Source: Vibrio cholerae ATCC 14035 | GTDB taxonomy: Bacteria > Pseudomonadota > Gammaproteobacteria > Enterobacterales > Vibrionaceae | NCBI RefSeq assembly: GCF_000621645.1 | Contig: NZ_JHXR01000016.1 | Location: 60,001-92,000 of the forward strand | Length of the DNA stretch: 32,000 nt | Reading direction: 5' to 3' | In this document: piece by piece, positions 11,017-22,175 of the stretch | How positions within the stretch are numbered: position 1 is the first letter of the stretch | Layout of the letters: every line of letters begins with the position of its first letter | Made by a program: the position numbers and the translations under genes | The notes under the pieces: generated by a model | Seen by the model: the letters and a program-made list of their open reading frames with translations, nothing else | The model's database searches: none | What the model was told of the DNA's origin: nothing

Positions 11017-11340
11017 TTAAACGTTGAAGCTTTCACCACAACCACATTCGCTTTTGACATTTGGGTTGTTGAATTCAAAGCCTTCGTTTAACCCTTCTTT
11101 TTTGTAATCGAGTTGAGTGCCATCTAAATAGACCATGCTTTTGGTGTCAATGATCACCTTCACACCATGGCTTTCAAATACGTGGTCTTCTTCGTTGAGA
11201 TCATCAACAAACTCGAGCACATACGCCATTCCCGAACACCCAGTTGTCTTGACACCAAGACGTAAACCGATGCCTTTTCCACGATTATCCAGAAAAGTTT
11301 TTACTCGGCTTGCTGCGGTTTCGCTAAGAGTGACGGCCAT
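11017..11340 (-). CDS. iscA: Iron-sulfur cluster insertion/A-type carrier protein IscA
   Basis: 107 aa with conserved cysteines in TGCSGMAY and the C-terminal CGCGESF. Confidence 0.95.
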   Translation of the reverse strand: MAVTLSETAASRVKTFLDNRGKGIGLRLGVKTTGCSGMAYVLEFVDDLNEEDHVFESHGVKVIIDTKSMVYLDGTQLDYKKEGLNEGFEFNNPNVKSECGCGESFNV

Positions 11341-11400
11341 ACTTCAACCTTATGATTTCAATAAATTAAAGGGTGGGAGCGCTCGACGCTCCCAAACGAA

Positions 11401-11784
11401 TTAGTGTTGATGCTTTTTCTTGTAGTCCGCAACAGCGGCTTTGATGGCATCTTCGGCTAGGATTGAGCAGTGAATTTTCACCGGTGGCAATTCGAGCTCT
11501 TCGGCGATTTCACTGTTCTTGATCGCTGCCGCTTCATCAATGCTCTTGCCTTTCACCCACTCAGTCACTAGCGAGCTAGAAGCAATTGCGCTACCACAGC
11601 CGTAAGTTTTGAATTTTGCATCTTCGATGATGCCTTCTGGTGATACTTTGATCTGCAAACGCATTACATCACCACACGCAGGTGCGCCAACCATGCCGCT
11701 ACCTACAGAAGGATCTTCTTTATCAAATGAACCAACGTTACGTGGGTTCTCGTAATGGTCAATGACCTTTTCGCTGTATGCCAT
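11401..11784 (-). CDS. iscU: Fe-S cluster scaffold IscU
   Basis: 127 aa with the three ligand cysteines in GAPACGDV, YGCGSAIASSS and IHCS, plus the LPPVK HscA-binding motif. Confidence 0.97.
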   Translation of the reverse strand: MAYSEKVIDHYENPRNVGSFDKEDPSVGSGMVGAPACGDVMRLQIKVSPEGIIEDAKFKTYGCGSAIASSSLVTEWVKGKSIDEAAAIKNSEIAEELELPPVKIHCSILAEDAIKAAVADYKKKHQH

Positions 11785-11820
11785 GTTCGTTACCTCGAAT
11801 CCTTTATAACCTTGGAATGA

Positions 11821-13035
11821 TTAGTGGTGTGCCCACTCAACCGTGTTCAGATCTACGCCGTCTTTGTACATGTCCCAAAGTGGAGACATCGCACGCAGTT
11901 TATCCACTGCTACGCGGATCAGTTCGATCGCATAATCAATCTCTGCTTCGGTCGTGAAACGACCAAAAGAGAAGCGAATTGAGCTGTGTGCCAGTTCATC
12001 GTTAAGACCCAGAGCGCGCAATACGTAAGAAGGCTCAAGGCTGGCTGAAGTACATGCACTGCCTGACGATACAGCCAGATCTTTCAGTGCCATCAGCAGA
12101 GATTCACCTTCTACAAACGCAAAACTGACGTTGAGATTGTGTGGTACACGCTGATCCAGATCACCGTTAATGGTCACGGCTTCCATATCTTTAATGCCAT
12201 CAAGCAGACGATTACGCAGCTTCAGTGCGTGATCGTAATCTTGCTGCAGCTCTTCCTTCGCGATACGGAACGCTTCACCCATACCCACAATTTGGTGAGT
12301 CGGCAGAGTACCAGAACGGAAACCACGTTCATGACCACCACCGTGCATTTGTGCTTCAAGACGAATACGTGGTTTACGGCGAACATACAAAGCACCAATA
12401 CCTTTCGGGCCGTAAGCTTTGTGCGCAGAAAGAGAAATCAGATCAACCTTCATCTCTTGGACATCAATAGCCACTTTACCCGCGGATTGCGCTGCATCAA
12501 CATGGAACACCACTTTACGTGAACGGCACAGTTCGCCGATCGCTGCGATATCTTGCACCACGCCGATTTCATTGTTCACGTGCATGATAGAAACCAAAAT
12601 AGTGTCATCACGCATCGCGGCTTCAAGCTTAGCCAGATCAACCAAGCCATTGCTTTCTGGATCAAGATAAGTCACTTCAAAGCCTTCACGCTCCAATTGG
12701 CGCATGGTATCCAGTACCGCTTTGTGTTCGGTTTTGCTGGTGATGATGTGCTTGCCTTGCTTGTTATAGAAGTGAGCAACACCTTTGATCGCGAGGTTGT
12801 CAGATTCAGTAGCACCCGAAGTGAACACAATTTCACGTGGGTCTGCATTCAGCAGGGCTGCGATTTGCTCACGCGCAGTGTCTACCGCTTCTTCTGCCTG
12901 CCAGCCATAACGGTGCGAGCGCGAAGCTGGGTTACCGAAGGTACCATCCATCGTCATGTACTGAACCATTTTTTCAGCTACGCGCGGATCAACCGGGCAT
13001 GTCGCTGAATAATCTAGATAAATAGGCAGTTTCAT
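11821..13035 (-). CDS. iscS: Cysteine desulfurase IscS
   Basis: 404 aa with the PLP lysine motif [10 protein letters not shown] and the active-site loop SSGSACTS. Confidence 0.98.
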   Translation of the reverse strand: MKLPIYLDYSATCPVDPRVAEKMVQYMTMDGTFGNPASRSHRYGWQAEEAVDTAREQIAALLNADPREIVFTSGATESDNLAIKGVAHFYNKQGKHIITSKTEHKAVLDTMRQLEREGFEVTYLDPESNGLVDLAKLEAAMRDDTILVSIMHVNNEIGVVQDIAAIGELCRSRKVVFHVDAAQSAGKVAIDVQEMKVDLISLSAHKAYGPKGIGALYVRRKPRIRLEAQMHGGGHERGFRSGTLPTHQIVGMGEAFRIAKEELQQDYDHALKLRNRLLDGIKDMEAVTINGDLDQRVPHNLNVSFAFVEGESLLMALKDLAVSSGSACTSASLEPSYVLRALGLNDELAHSSIRFSFGRFTTEAEIDYAIELIRVAVDKLRAMSPLWDMYKDGVDLNTVEWAHH

Positions 13036-13061
13036 TTTCTACTCCAGTGTAAACCTTGCCG

Positions 13062-13583
13062 CTATGAGCGAACATTAATACCAAAAGGCGCAGCACCAAT
13101 GGTGACTGTGTTTGAGTTGTTTTGCGAAACCCTTTGGCTGACCGCAAGATGAAGATCTTGACGATCTGAAACTTCGAGAACTTCGTTATCCATCATCAGC
13201 TCACCGAGCGTGATGTTGTTAAGAAAATCCGTAATGCGTGAGCTGAGATCACGCCACAGTGTGTGAGTCAGACAGCGAGTCCCGCCCTGACAATCCCCTT
13301 TCCCGTTGCATTTGGTCGCATCGACCGATTCATCAACCGCGGCAATCACAGTACCAATAGAAATGGCGTATGAGTCCATTCCTAAGCGATAACCGCCGCC
13401 CGGACCGCGCACACTGGCGACTAAGCCCGCTTTACGTAACTTAGAAAAAAGCTGCTCTAAGTACGAGAGAGAAATGCCTTGGCGCTCAGAAATGTCCGCC
13501 AACGGTACTGGGTTTTGTTGCGAATGCAGAGCCACATCTAACATGGCTGTTACCGCATATCTTCCTTTAGATGTCAGTCTCAT
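13062..13583 (-). CDS. iscR: Rrf2-family [2Fe-2S] transcriptional regulator IscR
   Basis: Start moved from 13628 to ATG 13581-13583 ([19 protein letters not shown]...). It has a winged HTH and the cluster ligands C-x5-C-x5-C-x2-H ([17 protein letters not shown]). Confidence 0.93.
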   Translation of the reverse strand: MRLTSKGRYAVTAMLDVALHSQQNPVPLADISERQGISLSYLEQLFSKLRKAGLVASVRGPGGGYRLGMDSYAISIGTVIAAVDESVDATKCNGKGDCQGGTRCLTHTLWRDLSSRITDFLNNITLGELMMDNEVLEVSDRQDLHLAVSQRVSQNNSNTVTIGAAPFGINVRS

Positions 13584-13626
13584 AATCACACCGTATCCAC
13601 ACTGTTTATGTGGCTGGAAGTTTTCC

Positions 13627-13676
13627 ATACTTGACTCTTTTGGTCAAGTATTTATTTGACTAATTTAGTCAGGTAT
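13627..13676 (-). promoter_or_regulatory. Two tandem type-1 IscR binding boxes in the iscR promoter
   Basis: Read on the minus strand, 13676-13652 is ATACCTGACTAAATTAGTCAAATAA. Likewise 13651-13627 is ATACTTGACCAAAAGAGTCAAGTAT. Both fit the type-1 consensus ATASYYGACTRWWWYAGTCRRSTAT. They mirror the two adjacent sites of the E. coli iscR promoter as I recall them. The proximal box contains a TTGACC -35-like hexamer. Confidence 0.8.
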
Positions 13677-13697
13677 TTAACCCTGAGACTTATAAGC

Positions 13698-14432
13698 TTA
13701 TTCTTTGCGTGAGATTGACTTTTGTACTGACGTTAAGATCCCACGCAAGATATTGATTTCTTGAGCTTCTGGCCGAGCGCGCGTAAACATGCGGCGCAGT
13801 TTATTCATCACCTGCCCCGGCTGCTGCGCAGAAATAAACTCGGTTTGCATTATCACTTGTTCAAGATGGGCATAAAAACGCTCCAACTCTTGATGACGCG
13901 GATACTCTTCCTGCAATGTGCTGCTTTGCGAGCTCTGCTGCAAAGCAAGATAGGCCATCCGCACTTCATAACTCAGCAGTTGAACCGCCATTGCTAAATT
14001 CAGTGAGCTGTATTCTGGATTCGCAGGCACGCATACGTGGTAGTGACACAGTTGCAGCTCATCATTGGTCAAGCCAGTACGTTCACGACCAAACACCATA
14101 GCCACACTATGTTGGTTGGCTTCGCTGATGAGTTTTTCTCCGCACTCGCGTGGCTCAAGCATTGGCCATTCAAGGGTGCGTGAACGCGCACTGGTGCCCA
14201 CGACTAACCCACAATCAGCAACGGCGGCTTCCAGCGTTGGATAAATTTGCGCATTGAGTGCAATTTCACTTGCCCCTGCGGCTAACGCGATCGCTTGAGC
14301 ATCAACCTGACACTGCGGATCGACCAGCACCATCTGGCTCAGCCCCATGACTTTCATCGCCCGAGCGGCCGAACCAATATTTCCAGAGTGAGTTGTGCCG
14401 ACCAATACGACTTTCACGCGTTCTAACATCAT
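13698..14432 (-). CDS. trmJ: tRNA (cytidine/uridine-2'-O)-methyltransferase TrmJ (SPOUT family)
   Basis: 244 aa with SpoU/TrmH motifs ([25 protein letters not shown]). It sits upstream of iscR and divergent from suhB, as in E. coli. Confidence 0.9.
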   Translation of the reverse strand: MMLERVKVVLVGTTHSGNIGSAARAMKVMGLSQMVLVDPQCQVDAQAIALAAGASEIALNAQIYPTLEAAVADCGLVVGTSARSRTLEWPMLEPRECGEKLISEANQHSVAMVFGRERTGLTNDELQLCHYHVCVPANPEYSSLNLAMAVQLLSYEVRMAYLALQQSSQSSTLQEEYPRHQELERFYAHLEQVIMQTEFISAQQPGQVMNKLRRMFTRARPEAQEINILRGILTSVQKSISRKE

Positions 14433-14610
14433 TTGCTAAAATGTACTCCAAACAAAGCCGCGGGATATTAACACAAACCTGACCAAAATGGTCAGACCCT
14501 TTACCTTGACGAGCAACTAAGCGCACAAAAAATAACCACTTCCTTTTTTGATTTGTTTTGGTATACTGCCGCCCGCTTTTTCGTTCTTTAACATCCGTTG
14601 GGAAACTCGT

Positions 14611-15414
14611 ATGCATCCAATGCTAAATATCGCTATTCGCGCCGCGCGAAAAGCAGGTAACCATATTGCCAAATCTCTGGAAAACGCAGAGAAGATTCAA
14701 ACTACTCAGAAAGGCAGCAACGACTTTGTGACTAACGTCGACAAAGAAGCAGAAGCGATTATCGTTTCAACCATCAAAAGCTCTTACCCTGAGCACTGCA
14801 TCATTGCAGAAGAAGGCGGCCTTATCGAAGGTAAAGATAAGGAAGTGCAATGGATCATCGACCCACTGGATGGCACCACTAACTTTGTAAAAGGTTTCCC
14901 TCACTTTGCTGTTTCTATTGCGGTACGCTTTAGAGGCAAAACTGAAGTCGCTTGTGTTTACGACCCAATGACTAACGAACTGTTCACTGCCCAACGTGGT
15001 GCAGGTGCACAGCTCAACAACGCTCGTATTCGCGTTCAGCCAATCAAAGATCTGCAAGGCGCAGTTTTGGCCACCGCATTCCCATTCAAACAAAAACAGC
15101 ACTCAGAATCTTTCATGAAGATCCTCTCTGCAATGTTTGTTGAATGTGCAGATTTCCGTCGTACTGGTTCAGCCGCACTGGATCTGTGCTACCTAGCCGC
15201 AAACCGCGTTGATGGCTACTTTGAGCTTGGCCTAAAACCTTGGGATATGGCTGCAGGTGAACTGATTGCTCGTGAAGCGGGTGCCATCGTGACTGACTTT
15301 GCTGGCGGCACCGATTACATGCAATCGGGCAACATCGTGGCATCAAGCCCACGTGGTGTGAAAGCGATTCTGCAGCACATCCGTGAAAACGGTAACAGCG
15401 CAATTTTGAAATAA
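14611..15414 (+). CDS. suhB: Inositol monophosphatase family protein SuhB
   Basis: Start moved from 14548 to ATG 14611 (MHPMLNIAIRAARKAGN...), giving 267 aa. It carries the IMPase motif WIIDPLDGTTNF. Confidence 0.93.
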   Translation: MHPMLNIAIRAARKAGNHIAKSLENAEKIQTTQKGSNDFVTNVDKEAEAIIVSTIKSSYPEHCIIAEEGGLIEGKDKEVQWIIDPLDGTTNFVKGFPHFAVSIAVRFRGKTEVACVYDPMTNELFTAQRGAGAQLNNARIRVQPIKDLQGAVLATAFPFKQKQHSESFMKILSAMFVECADFRRTGSAALDLCYLAANRVDGYFELGLKPWDMAAGELIAREAGAIVTDFAGGTDYMQSGNIVASSPRGVKAILQHIRENGNSAILK

Positions 15415-15439
15415 TATCTGCTCCGTCACAGCTGATATC

Positions 15440-15468
15440 GCCCTGCCATTATGGCAGGGCTTTTTTTT
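15440..15468 (+). terminator. Rho-independent terminator of suhB
   Basis: Stem gccctgcca (15440-15448) / tggcagggc (15452-15460) followed by T8 (15461-15468). Confidence 0.88.
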
Positions 15469-15530
15469 GTTCTATCAACCGATCGCCTACTGCTTCATGA
15501 TCAATCAGGTCATAGCTAACCAAGCTTGAT

Positions 15531-15562
15531 AAAAAAACCGCTGACTTAGCAGCGGTTTTTTT
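15531..15562 (-). terminator. Rho-independent terminator of the secDF operon
   Basis: Stem ccgctg (15538-15543) / cagcgg (15550-15555), flanked by A7 (15531-15537) and T7 (15556-15562). On the minus strand this reads hairpin plus TTTTTTT. It lies about 22 nt after the secF stop. Confidence 0.85.
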
Positions 15563-15583
15563 ATTTATCGATGAAAGAGATGC

Positions 15584-16531
15584 CTACGGCATTTCATCCA
15601 ACTCTGCGCCTTCTTTCTCTACTTGTGGAGGCAATAAGTGCTCACGGGTGATCCCGAGTTTCAGCGCCAGTGCTGATGCCACATAGATAGAAGAATAAGT
15701 ACCAACGGTAATACCCAGCAACAAGGCCAGCGCAAAACCGTGGATCATTGCTCCACCTTGAGTAAAGAGGGCAATCACCACAAACAAAGTGGTACCTGAA
15801 GTGATCAAAGTACGGCTCAAAGTTTGTGTAATTGAGCTATTCATGATCTCTGCGGGTTCTTCTTTGCGCATCTTACGGAAGTTTTCACGGATCCGGTCAA
15901 ACACCACGATGGTATCGTTGAGTGAGTAACCCACAACCGTCAGCAATGCTGCAACAATCGTGAGATCAACTTCAATCTGTAAGATAGAGAAGATGCCTAA
16001 AGTAATGATGACGTCGTGCGCCAATGCCAGCACCGCACCTGCAGCCAAACGCCATTCAAAGCGTACTGACACGTAAAGCAAGATACACAGCAAAGAAACC
16101 AGAATCGCCAAGCCGCCCGCTTCAGTGAGCTCATCACCCACGTTCGGGCCAACGAATTCGATACGGCGCATTTCCACGTTGCCGCCGGTACCTTCTTTGA
16201 TCGCCGCGAGGATCTGGTTACCCAACGCCTCACCCGCCATATCATCACGAGGACGTAGACGTACCATTACATCACGTGCAGAACCAAAGTTTTGCACGGT
16301 AGCATCACCAAAACCTTTCGCTTCAAGGGCGCTACGGATTTGCTCCAGATTGGCAGGCTGCTCAAAGCCCACTTCAATCAATGTACCGCCCGTGAAATCC
16401 AGCCCCCAGTTCAGCCATTTGGTAGACAGAGTAAAAATCGATGCGGCAATCATCACCAGCGACAAGGCGAAGGCGAATTTCGACCAACGCATAAAGTCGA
16501 TCATTTTGTCTGCTTTTAGGATTTGAAACAT
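15584..16531 (-). CDS. secF: Protein translocase subunit SecF
   Basis: 315 aa, multi-TM, with the conserved DFMRW and WGLDFTGG N-terminal region. It lies directly downstream of secD. Confidence 0.96.
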   Translation of the reverse strand: MFQILKADKMIDFMRWSKFAFALSLVMIAASIFTLSTKWLNWGLDFTGGTLIEVGFEQPANLEQIRSALEAKGFGDATVQNFGSARDVMVRLRPRDDMAGEALGNQILAAIKEGTGGNVEMRRIEFVGPNVGDELTEAGGLAILVSLLCILLYVSVRFEWRLAAGAVLALAHDVIITLGIFSILQIEVDLTIVAALLTVVGYSLNDTIVVFDRIRENFRKMRKEEPAEIMNSSITQTLSRTLITSGTTLFVVIALFTQGGAMIHGFALALLLGITVGTYSSIYVASALALKLGITREHLLPPQVEKEGAELDEMP

Positions 16532-16545
16532 AACTTACCCCAGCC

Positions 16546-18399
16546 TCAGATCGACAATTTGTTGATACGTTTGCCGCCATACAGCAGGTTCACGATACAA
16601 CGTGTACCCACAATCGCGGTAAACATAGAGGTTAAAATACCGATAGACAGCGTCACTGCGAAGCCTTTAATCGCCCCTGTACCAACGGCAAACAAAATGA
16701 TCGCCGTAATTAAGGTGGTGATGTTGGCATCGGCAATGGTACTGAATGCGTTAGCGTAACCTTGATGAATCGCTTGCTGCGGATTTTTTCCTTCGCGTAG
16801 CTCTTCACGAATACGCTCGAAAATCAGTACGTTGGCATCGACCGCCATACCGACCGTCAACACGATACCAGCAATACCCGGCAAGGTCATGGTTGCGCCC
16901 GGGATCATCGACATTACGCCAATGATCAGCACGAGGTTCGCCATCAGTGCGATGTTAGCGATCATGCCAAACTTACGGTAGTAAAGAACCGTAAACAGCA
17001 TTACCGCCACCATACCCCAAATACAGGCCTGAATACCCATATCGATATTCTGCTGACCCATTGATGGACCAATGGTGCGCTCTTCGACGATAGAAATTGG
17101 CGCAATCAAAGCACCGGCACGCAATAGCAGAGCAAGGTTATGCGCTTCTGCCGGTGAATCAATCCCAGTAATACGGAAGTTACGTCCCAATGCCGACTGA
17201 ATCGTCGCTTGGTTAATCACTTCTTCATGCTTGGTCAGAATGACTTTACCTTCAGGAGAGCGCTTACCGCTGTCTTTGTATTCAGCAAATACCGTCGCCA
17301 TCAACTTGCCAATGTTCTTTTTCGAGAACGCTGACATCTTGTTGCCGCCTTCGCTATCGAGCGAAATGTTCACCTGTGGGCGACCATATTCGTCGGCGCT
17401 TGAGCTTGCATCGGTAATGCTTGAACCACCCAGAATCACGCGCTTTTTCAGCACTACAGGACGACCATTACGATCGAACTTGATTTCGCTGCCAGCTGGC
17501 GCACGTCCTGCTGCCGCAGCGGCAAGGTCGGCTTTATCGTCCACTTCACGAAACTCAAGGGTTGCGGTCGCGCCTAAGATTTCTTTAGCACGCGCGGTGT
17601 CTTGTACACCCGGCAGCTCTACCACGATACGTGTCGCACCTTGGCGTTGAACCAGAGGCTCAGCCACACCCAGTTCGTTCACCCGGTTACGCAAAATAGT
17701 GATGTTCTGCTCAACGGCGTAGTTGCGAATTTCCTGTAAGCGAGCTTCGGTAAACTTAGCCACGAGCACAAAACGGCCATCGGATTCTGAAGTCGTAAAG
17801 GTCATATCACGGTGTTTCGACTCCAGAAGCAGCTTAGTTTGCGCAAGCTGCTCGGCATCACGCAGGGTCACTTCAACCGCATCCGATAATGGACGGATCG
17901 CGCGGTAACGAATTTTCTCGTCACGCAGATCACTGCGGAAAGCTTCTTCTTGTTGGCTGACCAATTTTTCCATCGCGGCATCCATATCCACTTCCATCAG
18001 GAAGTGCACACCACCACGCAGATCAAGGCCGAGTTTCATTGGTGCAGCACCAATTGACTCTAGCCAATCTGGCGTTGAAGGAGCGAGGTTTAACGCGACG
18101 ATTTTATCCTTACCTAACGCTTCACTGATGATATCTCGGGCGCTGATTTGCGTATCCGTATCATTGAAACGAACAAGGATTGAGCCATTTTCAAGAGCAA
18201 TGGATTTTTGGGAGAGTTGCGCTTTATTGAGCGCATCGGTGACAGCATCCAGCGTTGACATATCAACAGAGGCGCCACGCGCCCCTGTTATTTGGATAGC
18301 TGGATCTTCACCGTAGATATTTGGAAGTGCATACAAGGCTGCAACGGCGATGGTTAACATCACCATCAGATACTTCCATAACGGATAACGGTTTAGCAC
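16546..18399 (-). CDS. secD: Protein translocase subunit SecD
   Basis: 617 aa with an N-terminal TM helix, a large periplasmic domain and a C-terminal 5-TM block ([26 protein letters not shown]). Confidence 0.96.
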   Translation of the reverse strand: MLNRYPLWKYLMVMLTIAVAALYALPNIYGEDPAIQITGARGASVDMSTLDAVTDALNKAQLSQKSIALENGSILVRFNDTDTQISARDIISEALGKDKIVALNLAPSTPDWLESIGAAPMKLGLDLRGGVHFLMEVDMDAAMEKLVSQQEEAFRSDLRDEKIRYRAIRPLSDAVEVTLRDAEQLAQTKLLLESKHRDMTFTTSESDGRFVLVAKFTEARLQEIRNYAVEQNITILRNRVNELGVAEPLVQRQGATRIVVELPGVQDTARAKEILGATATLEFREVDDKADLAAAAAGRAPAGSEIKFDRNGRPVVLKKRVILGGSSITDASSSADEYGRPQVNISLDSEGGNKMSAFSKKNIGKLMATVFAEYKDSGKRSPEGKVILTKHEEVINQATIQSALGRNFRITGIDSPAEAHNLALLLRAGALIAPISIVEERTIGPSMGQQNIDMGIQACIWGMVAVMLFTVLYYRKFGMIANIALMANLVLIIGVMSMIPGATMTLPGIAGIVLTVGMAVDANVLIFERIREELREGKNPQQAIHQGYANAFSTIADANITTLITAIILFAVGTGAIKGFAVTLSIGILTSMFTAIVGTRCIVNLLYGGKRINKLSI

Positions 18400-18420
18400 A
18401 GCGAGGATCCTATGGCTGTT

Positions 18421-18753
18421 TTAAAGAGATTTCAGCGTACCTTTTGGCAGCACTGCAGTCACGAAGTCCTTCTTGATCACAACTTCGTTGTTGGTGTTCA
18501 ACTCGATTGTGATGTAAGCGTTATCTTCAGCAATCTTAGTGATACGACCCACTAGACCACCAGAGGTCAACACTTCGTCACCTTTTGCCATCGCAGCCAT
18601 CAGGTTTTTGTGTTCTTTGACACGCTTAGCTTGTGGACGGTAGATCATGAAATAGAAGATCACTGCGAACATCGCGAGCATGATGATCATTTCAAAACCG
18701 CCACCTTGTGGGGCACCTTCGCCTGCGGCATGTGCTACAGAAATTAAACTCAT
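18421..18753 (-). CDS. yajC: Preprotein translocase subunit YajC
   Basis: 110 aa with a single TM helix (MIIMLAMFAVIFYFMIY) and the conserved GDEVLTSGGLVGRITKI segment. It lies between tgt and secD. Confidence 0.93.
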   Translation of the reverse strand: MSLISVAHAAGEGAPQGGGFEMIIMLAMFAVIFYFMIYRPQAKRVKEHKNLMAAMAKGDEVLTSGGLVGRITKIAEDNAYITIELNTNNEVVIKKDFVTAVLPKGTLKSL

Positions 18754-18857
18754 TGAGAAACGTCCTCTAAGTTATTGTTGTTTAATGTTGATTCTATTGG
18801 GATGCACAGGGGTGAATTCAAGCGGCTTACCACGCAAATCCAACCCAGTGCACGAAA

Positions 18858-20033
<1,176 letters not shown>

Positions 20034-20225
20034 TTACCCACCTAATCGCGCAAACTTACGCTCTCAGCAGGTCGATAATTCAAGCCTTATTGCCATCAAC
20101 AAGGCTCTTTGCGGAGCGGTCGCGTTTCCCTGCGAAAAAGGTCTGCACCTTTTCTGGCTACTGCCAGCACTCGTTTTCGTTATCCCTTGCCACCTGAAGC
20201 AACCACTCCAAGTGATTAGGGATGA

Positions 20226-21284
20226 TTACGCTTTAGTCGTCTGCTTACGAATAAACATCGCATCGCCGTAACTAAAGAAGCGATATTGCTCTTTGACCGC
20301 ATGTTCATAAGCGGCCATGGTGTGCTCATAACCTGCAAACGCACTCACCAGCATGATCAAGGTCGATTCAGGCAAGTGGAAATTGGTGATCAAGCAATCC
20401 ACCAACTGGTATTGATACCCCGGGAAGATGAAGATTTCGGTATCACCAAAAAATGGCTTTAACTCGGTGCCTTTTTGCAGCGCATCTTGCGCCGCACTTT
20501 CGAGTGAACGTACTGAGGTGGTACCCACAGCAACCACTCGACCACCACGCGCTTTGGTCGCCGCAATCGCATCCACCACTTCTTGTGGCACTTCAACGTA
20601 TTCCGCATGCATATGGTGATCGTGAATATTTTCCACCCGCACAGGCTGGAAGGTCCCCGCGCCAACATGCAGTGTCACATACGCCAACTCAACGCCTTTG
20701 GCTTGGATCTGCTCAAGCAGCGCTTGGTCAAAATGCAAACCCGCCGTTGGGGCAGCTACCGCACCCGGCTTTTGGTTGTACACCGTTTGATAACGCTCTT
20801 TATCTGTCTCTTCATCAGGACGGTCGATGTAAGGTGGCAACGGCATGTGACCAATTTGATTGAGAATATCCAATACCACGGTTTCCGCAGTAAAACGGAT
20901 TTCAAACAACGCATCGTGACGCGCCTGCATCACGGCATGAAACTCATCGTTCTCGCCTAAATAAAGTTCAGTACCCGGTTTGGGCGGTTTTGATGAACGA
21001 ACGTGCGCTAAAATCGTGTGCTCATCGAGCATACGCTCTACCAACACTTCTAATTTGCCACCGCTGGCTTTGCGCCCAAACATGCGAGCTGGGATCACTC
21101 GCGTGTTGTTAAACACCAGCAGATCTCCCGGTTCAACCAGTTCGAGGACATCTTTAAAGGTGCCATCCACCAGTTGACCACTGTTGCCGTCAAGCTGCAG
21201 CAAGCGGCTCGCGGTACGTTCTGCTTTTGGGTAGCGAGCAATCAGCTCGTCTGGGAGTTCAAAATGAAAATCTGAAACTTGCAT
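20226..21284 (-). CDS. queA: S-adenosylmethionine:tRNA ribosyltransferase-isomerase
   Basis: 352 aa. The typical QueA N-terminus [16 protein letters not shown] is present and the protein is full length. Confidence 0.96.
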   Translation of the reverse strand: MQVSDFHFELPDELIARYPKAERTASRLLQLDGNSGQLVDGTFKDVLELVEPGDLLVFNNTRVIPARMFGRKASGGKLEVLVERMLDEHTILAHVRSSKPPKPGTELYLGENDEFHAVMQARHDALFEIRFTAETVVLDILNQIGHMPLPPYIDRPDEETDKERYQTVYNQKPGAVAAPTAGLHFDQALLEQIQAKGVELAYVTLHVGAGTFQPVRVENIHDHHMHAEYVEVPQEVVDAIAATKARGGRVVAVGTTSVRSLESAAQDALQKGTELKPFFGDTEIFIFPGYQYQLVDCLITNFHLPESTLIMLVSAFAGYEHTMAAYEHAVKEQYRFFSYGDAMFIRKQTTKA

Positions 21285-21573
21285 GGCTCTTTCTTGATTA
21301 AGTGATCAGTATCGTCGCCCGATTTCGCGGCGCGCCAGTATATACCTAAGTGCGCTCAAGATACAGGAATGCTGCGTGGTGATACACCTCTCGCAAGGTA
21401 ACCTTTTGTAAAGAGCCATCAGGTTCGCCAACGGATTCAACAATCCGCATATTTCGGTTTCACTTCGCAGAAGTTGCTGGCCAATCACACTATAGTTAAA
21501 TAATAAAGCGTTAATGGGAAAAGGGGTTAGAGACCCCGGCTCCGATGGTTCTCTGCGCAGAAAGGAGTTGGCT

Positions 21574-22023
21574 ATGATCAAAGTTGAAGACATGATGACG
21601 CGTCACCCGCACACCTTATTGCGGACTCACACGCTCAACGATGCGAAACATCTTATGGAGGCGCTGGATATTCGCCACGTGCCGATTGTGGATGCGAATA
21701 AAAAGCTGCTGGGTATCGTCAGCCAACGCGATTTGTTGGCGGCTCAGGAATCCAGCTTGCAGCGCAGTGCCCAAGGCGATTCTCTCACCTTCGAAACTCC
21801 GCTGTTTGAGGTGATGCACACCGATGTTGCGAGCGTCGCGCCGCAAGCGGGGCTCAAAGAAAGCGCAATTTACATGCAAAAACACAAAATTGGCTGTTTG
21901 CCTGTCGTCGCCAAAGACGTGTTAGTTGGGATCATTACCGACAGTGATTTCGTGACAATTGCGATCAATCTGCTCGAGCTTCAGGAAGAGAGTGAACCCG
22001 ATGAGTTGGATGAGGAGCAATAA
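21574..22023 (+). CDS. CBS-pair (Bateman) domain protein of unknown function with an acidic C-terminal tail
   Basis: Start moved from 21514 to ATG 21574 (MIKVEDMMTRHP...) with an aaaggag SD 6 nt upstream. There are two CBS repeats (HVPIVDANKKLLGIVSQRDLL and IGCLPVVAKDVLVGIITDSDF). The tail reads EESEPDELDEEQ. Confidence 0.85.
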   Translation: MIKVEDMMTRHPHTLLRTHTLNDAKHLMEALDIRHVPIVDANKKLLGIVSQRDLLAAQESSLQRSAQGDSLTFETPLFEVMHTDVASVAPQAGLKESAIYMQKHKIGCLPVVAKDVLVGIITDSDFVTIAINLLELQEESEPDELDEEQ

Positions 22024-22122
22024 GTCAAGCTATCACCCGATTCATTCTCGGCTCGGCCAAACGATTTGTAGCGGCATGTAGGAATGGGTTCGCCATACTC
22101 AAGCAGAGTAAACGCTCACCCT

Positions 22123-22146
22123 AAAAAAGGCGGCCATTCGGCCGCC
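22123..22146 (-). terminator. Rho-independent terminator of aceBA
   Basis: GC stem ggcggcc (22129-22135) / ggccgcc (22140-22146) with loop attc. On the minus strand it is followed by TTTTTT (A6 at 22123-22128). It lies 30 nt after the aceA stop. Confidence 0.85.
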
Positions 22147-22175
22147 AAGGTTCGCACAGAATGGTGGATTATCGA

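Noticed and set aside
12139-13008. Cluster of plus-strand ORFs (127, 81, 83, 151 and 62 aa) antisense to iscS
   Set aside because: These are shadow ORFs opposite a highly conserved gene. Their translations are low-complexity, they lack SD sequences, and the minus-strand frame encodes a complete IscS.
21306-21593. 95-aa minus-strand ORF in the queA / CBS-gene intergenic region
   Set aside because: It has no SD, overlaps the SD and start of the CBS gene, and shows no recognisable domain or coding-like composition. It may exist as a hypothetical in old annotations, but I cannot support it.
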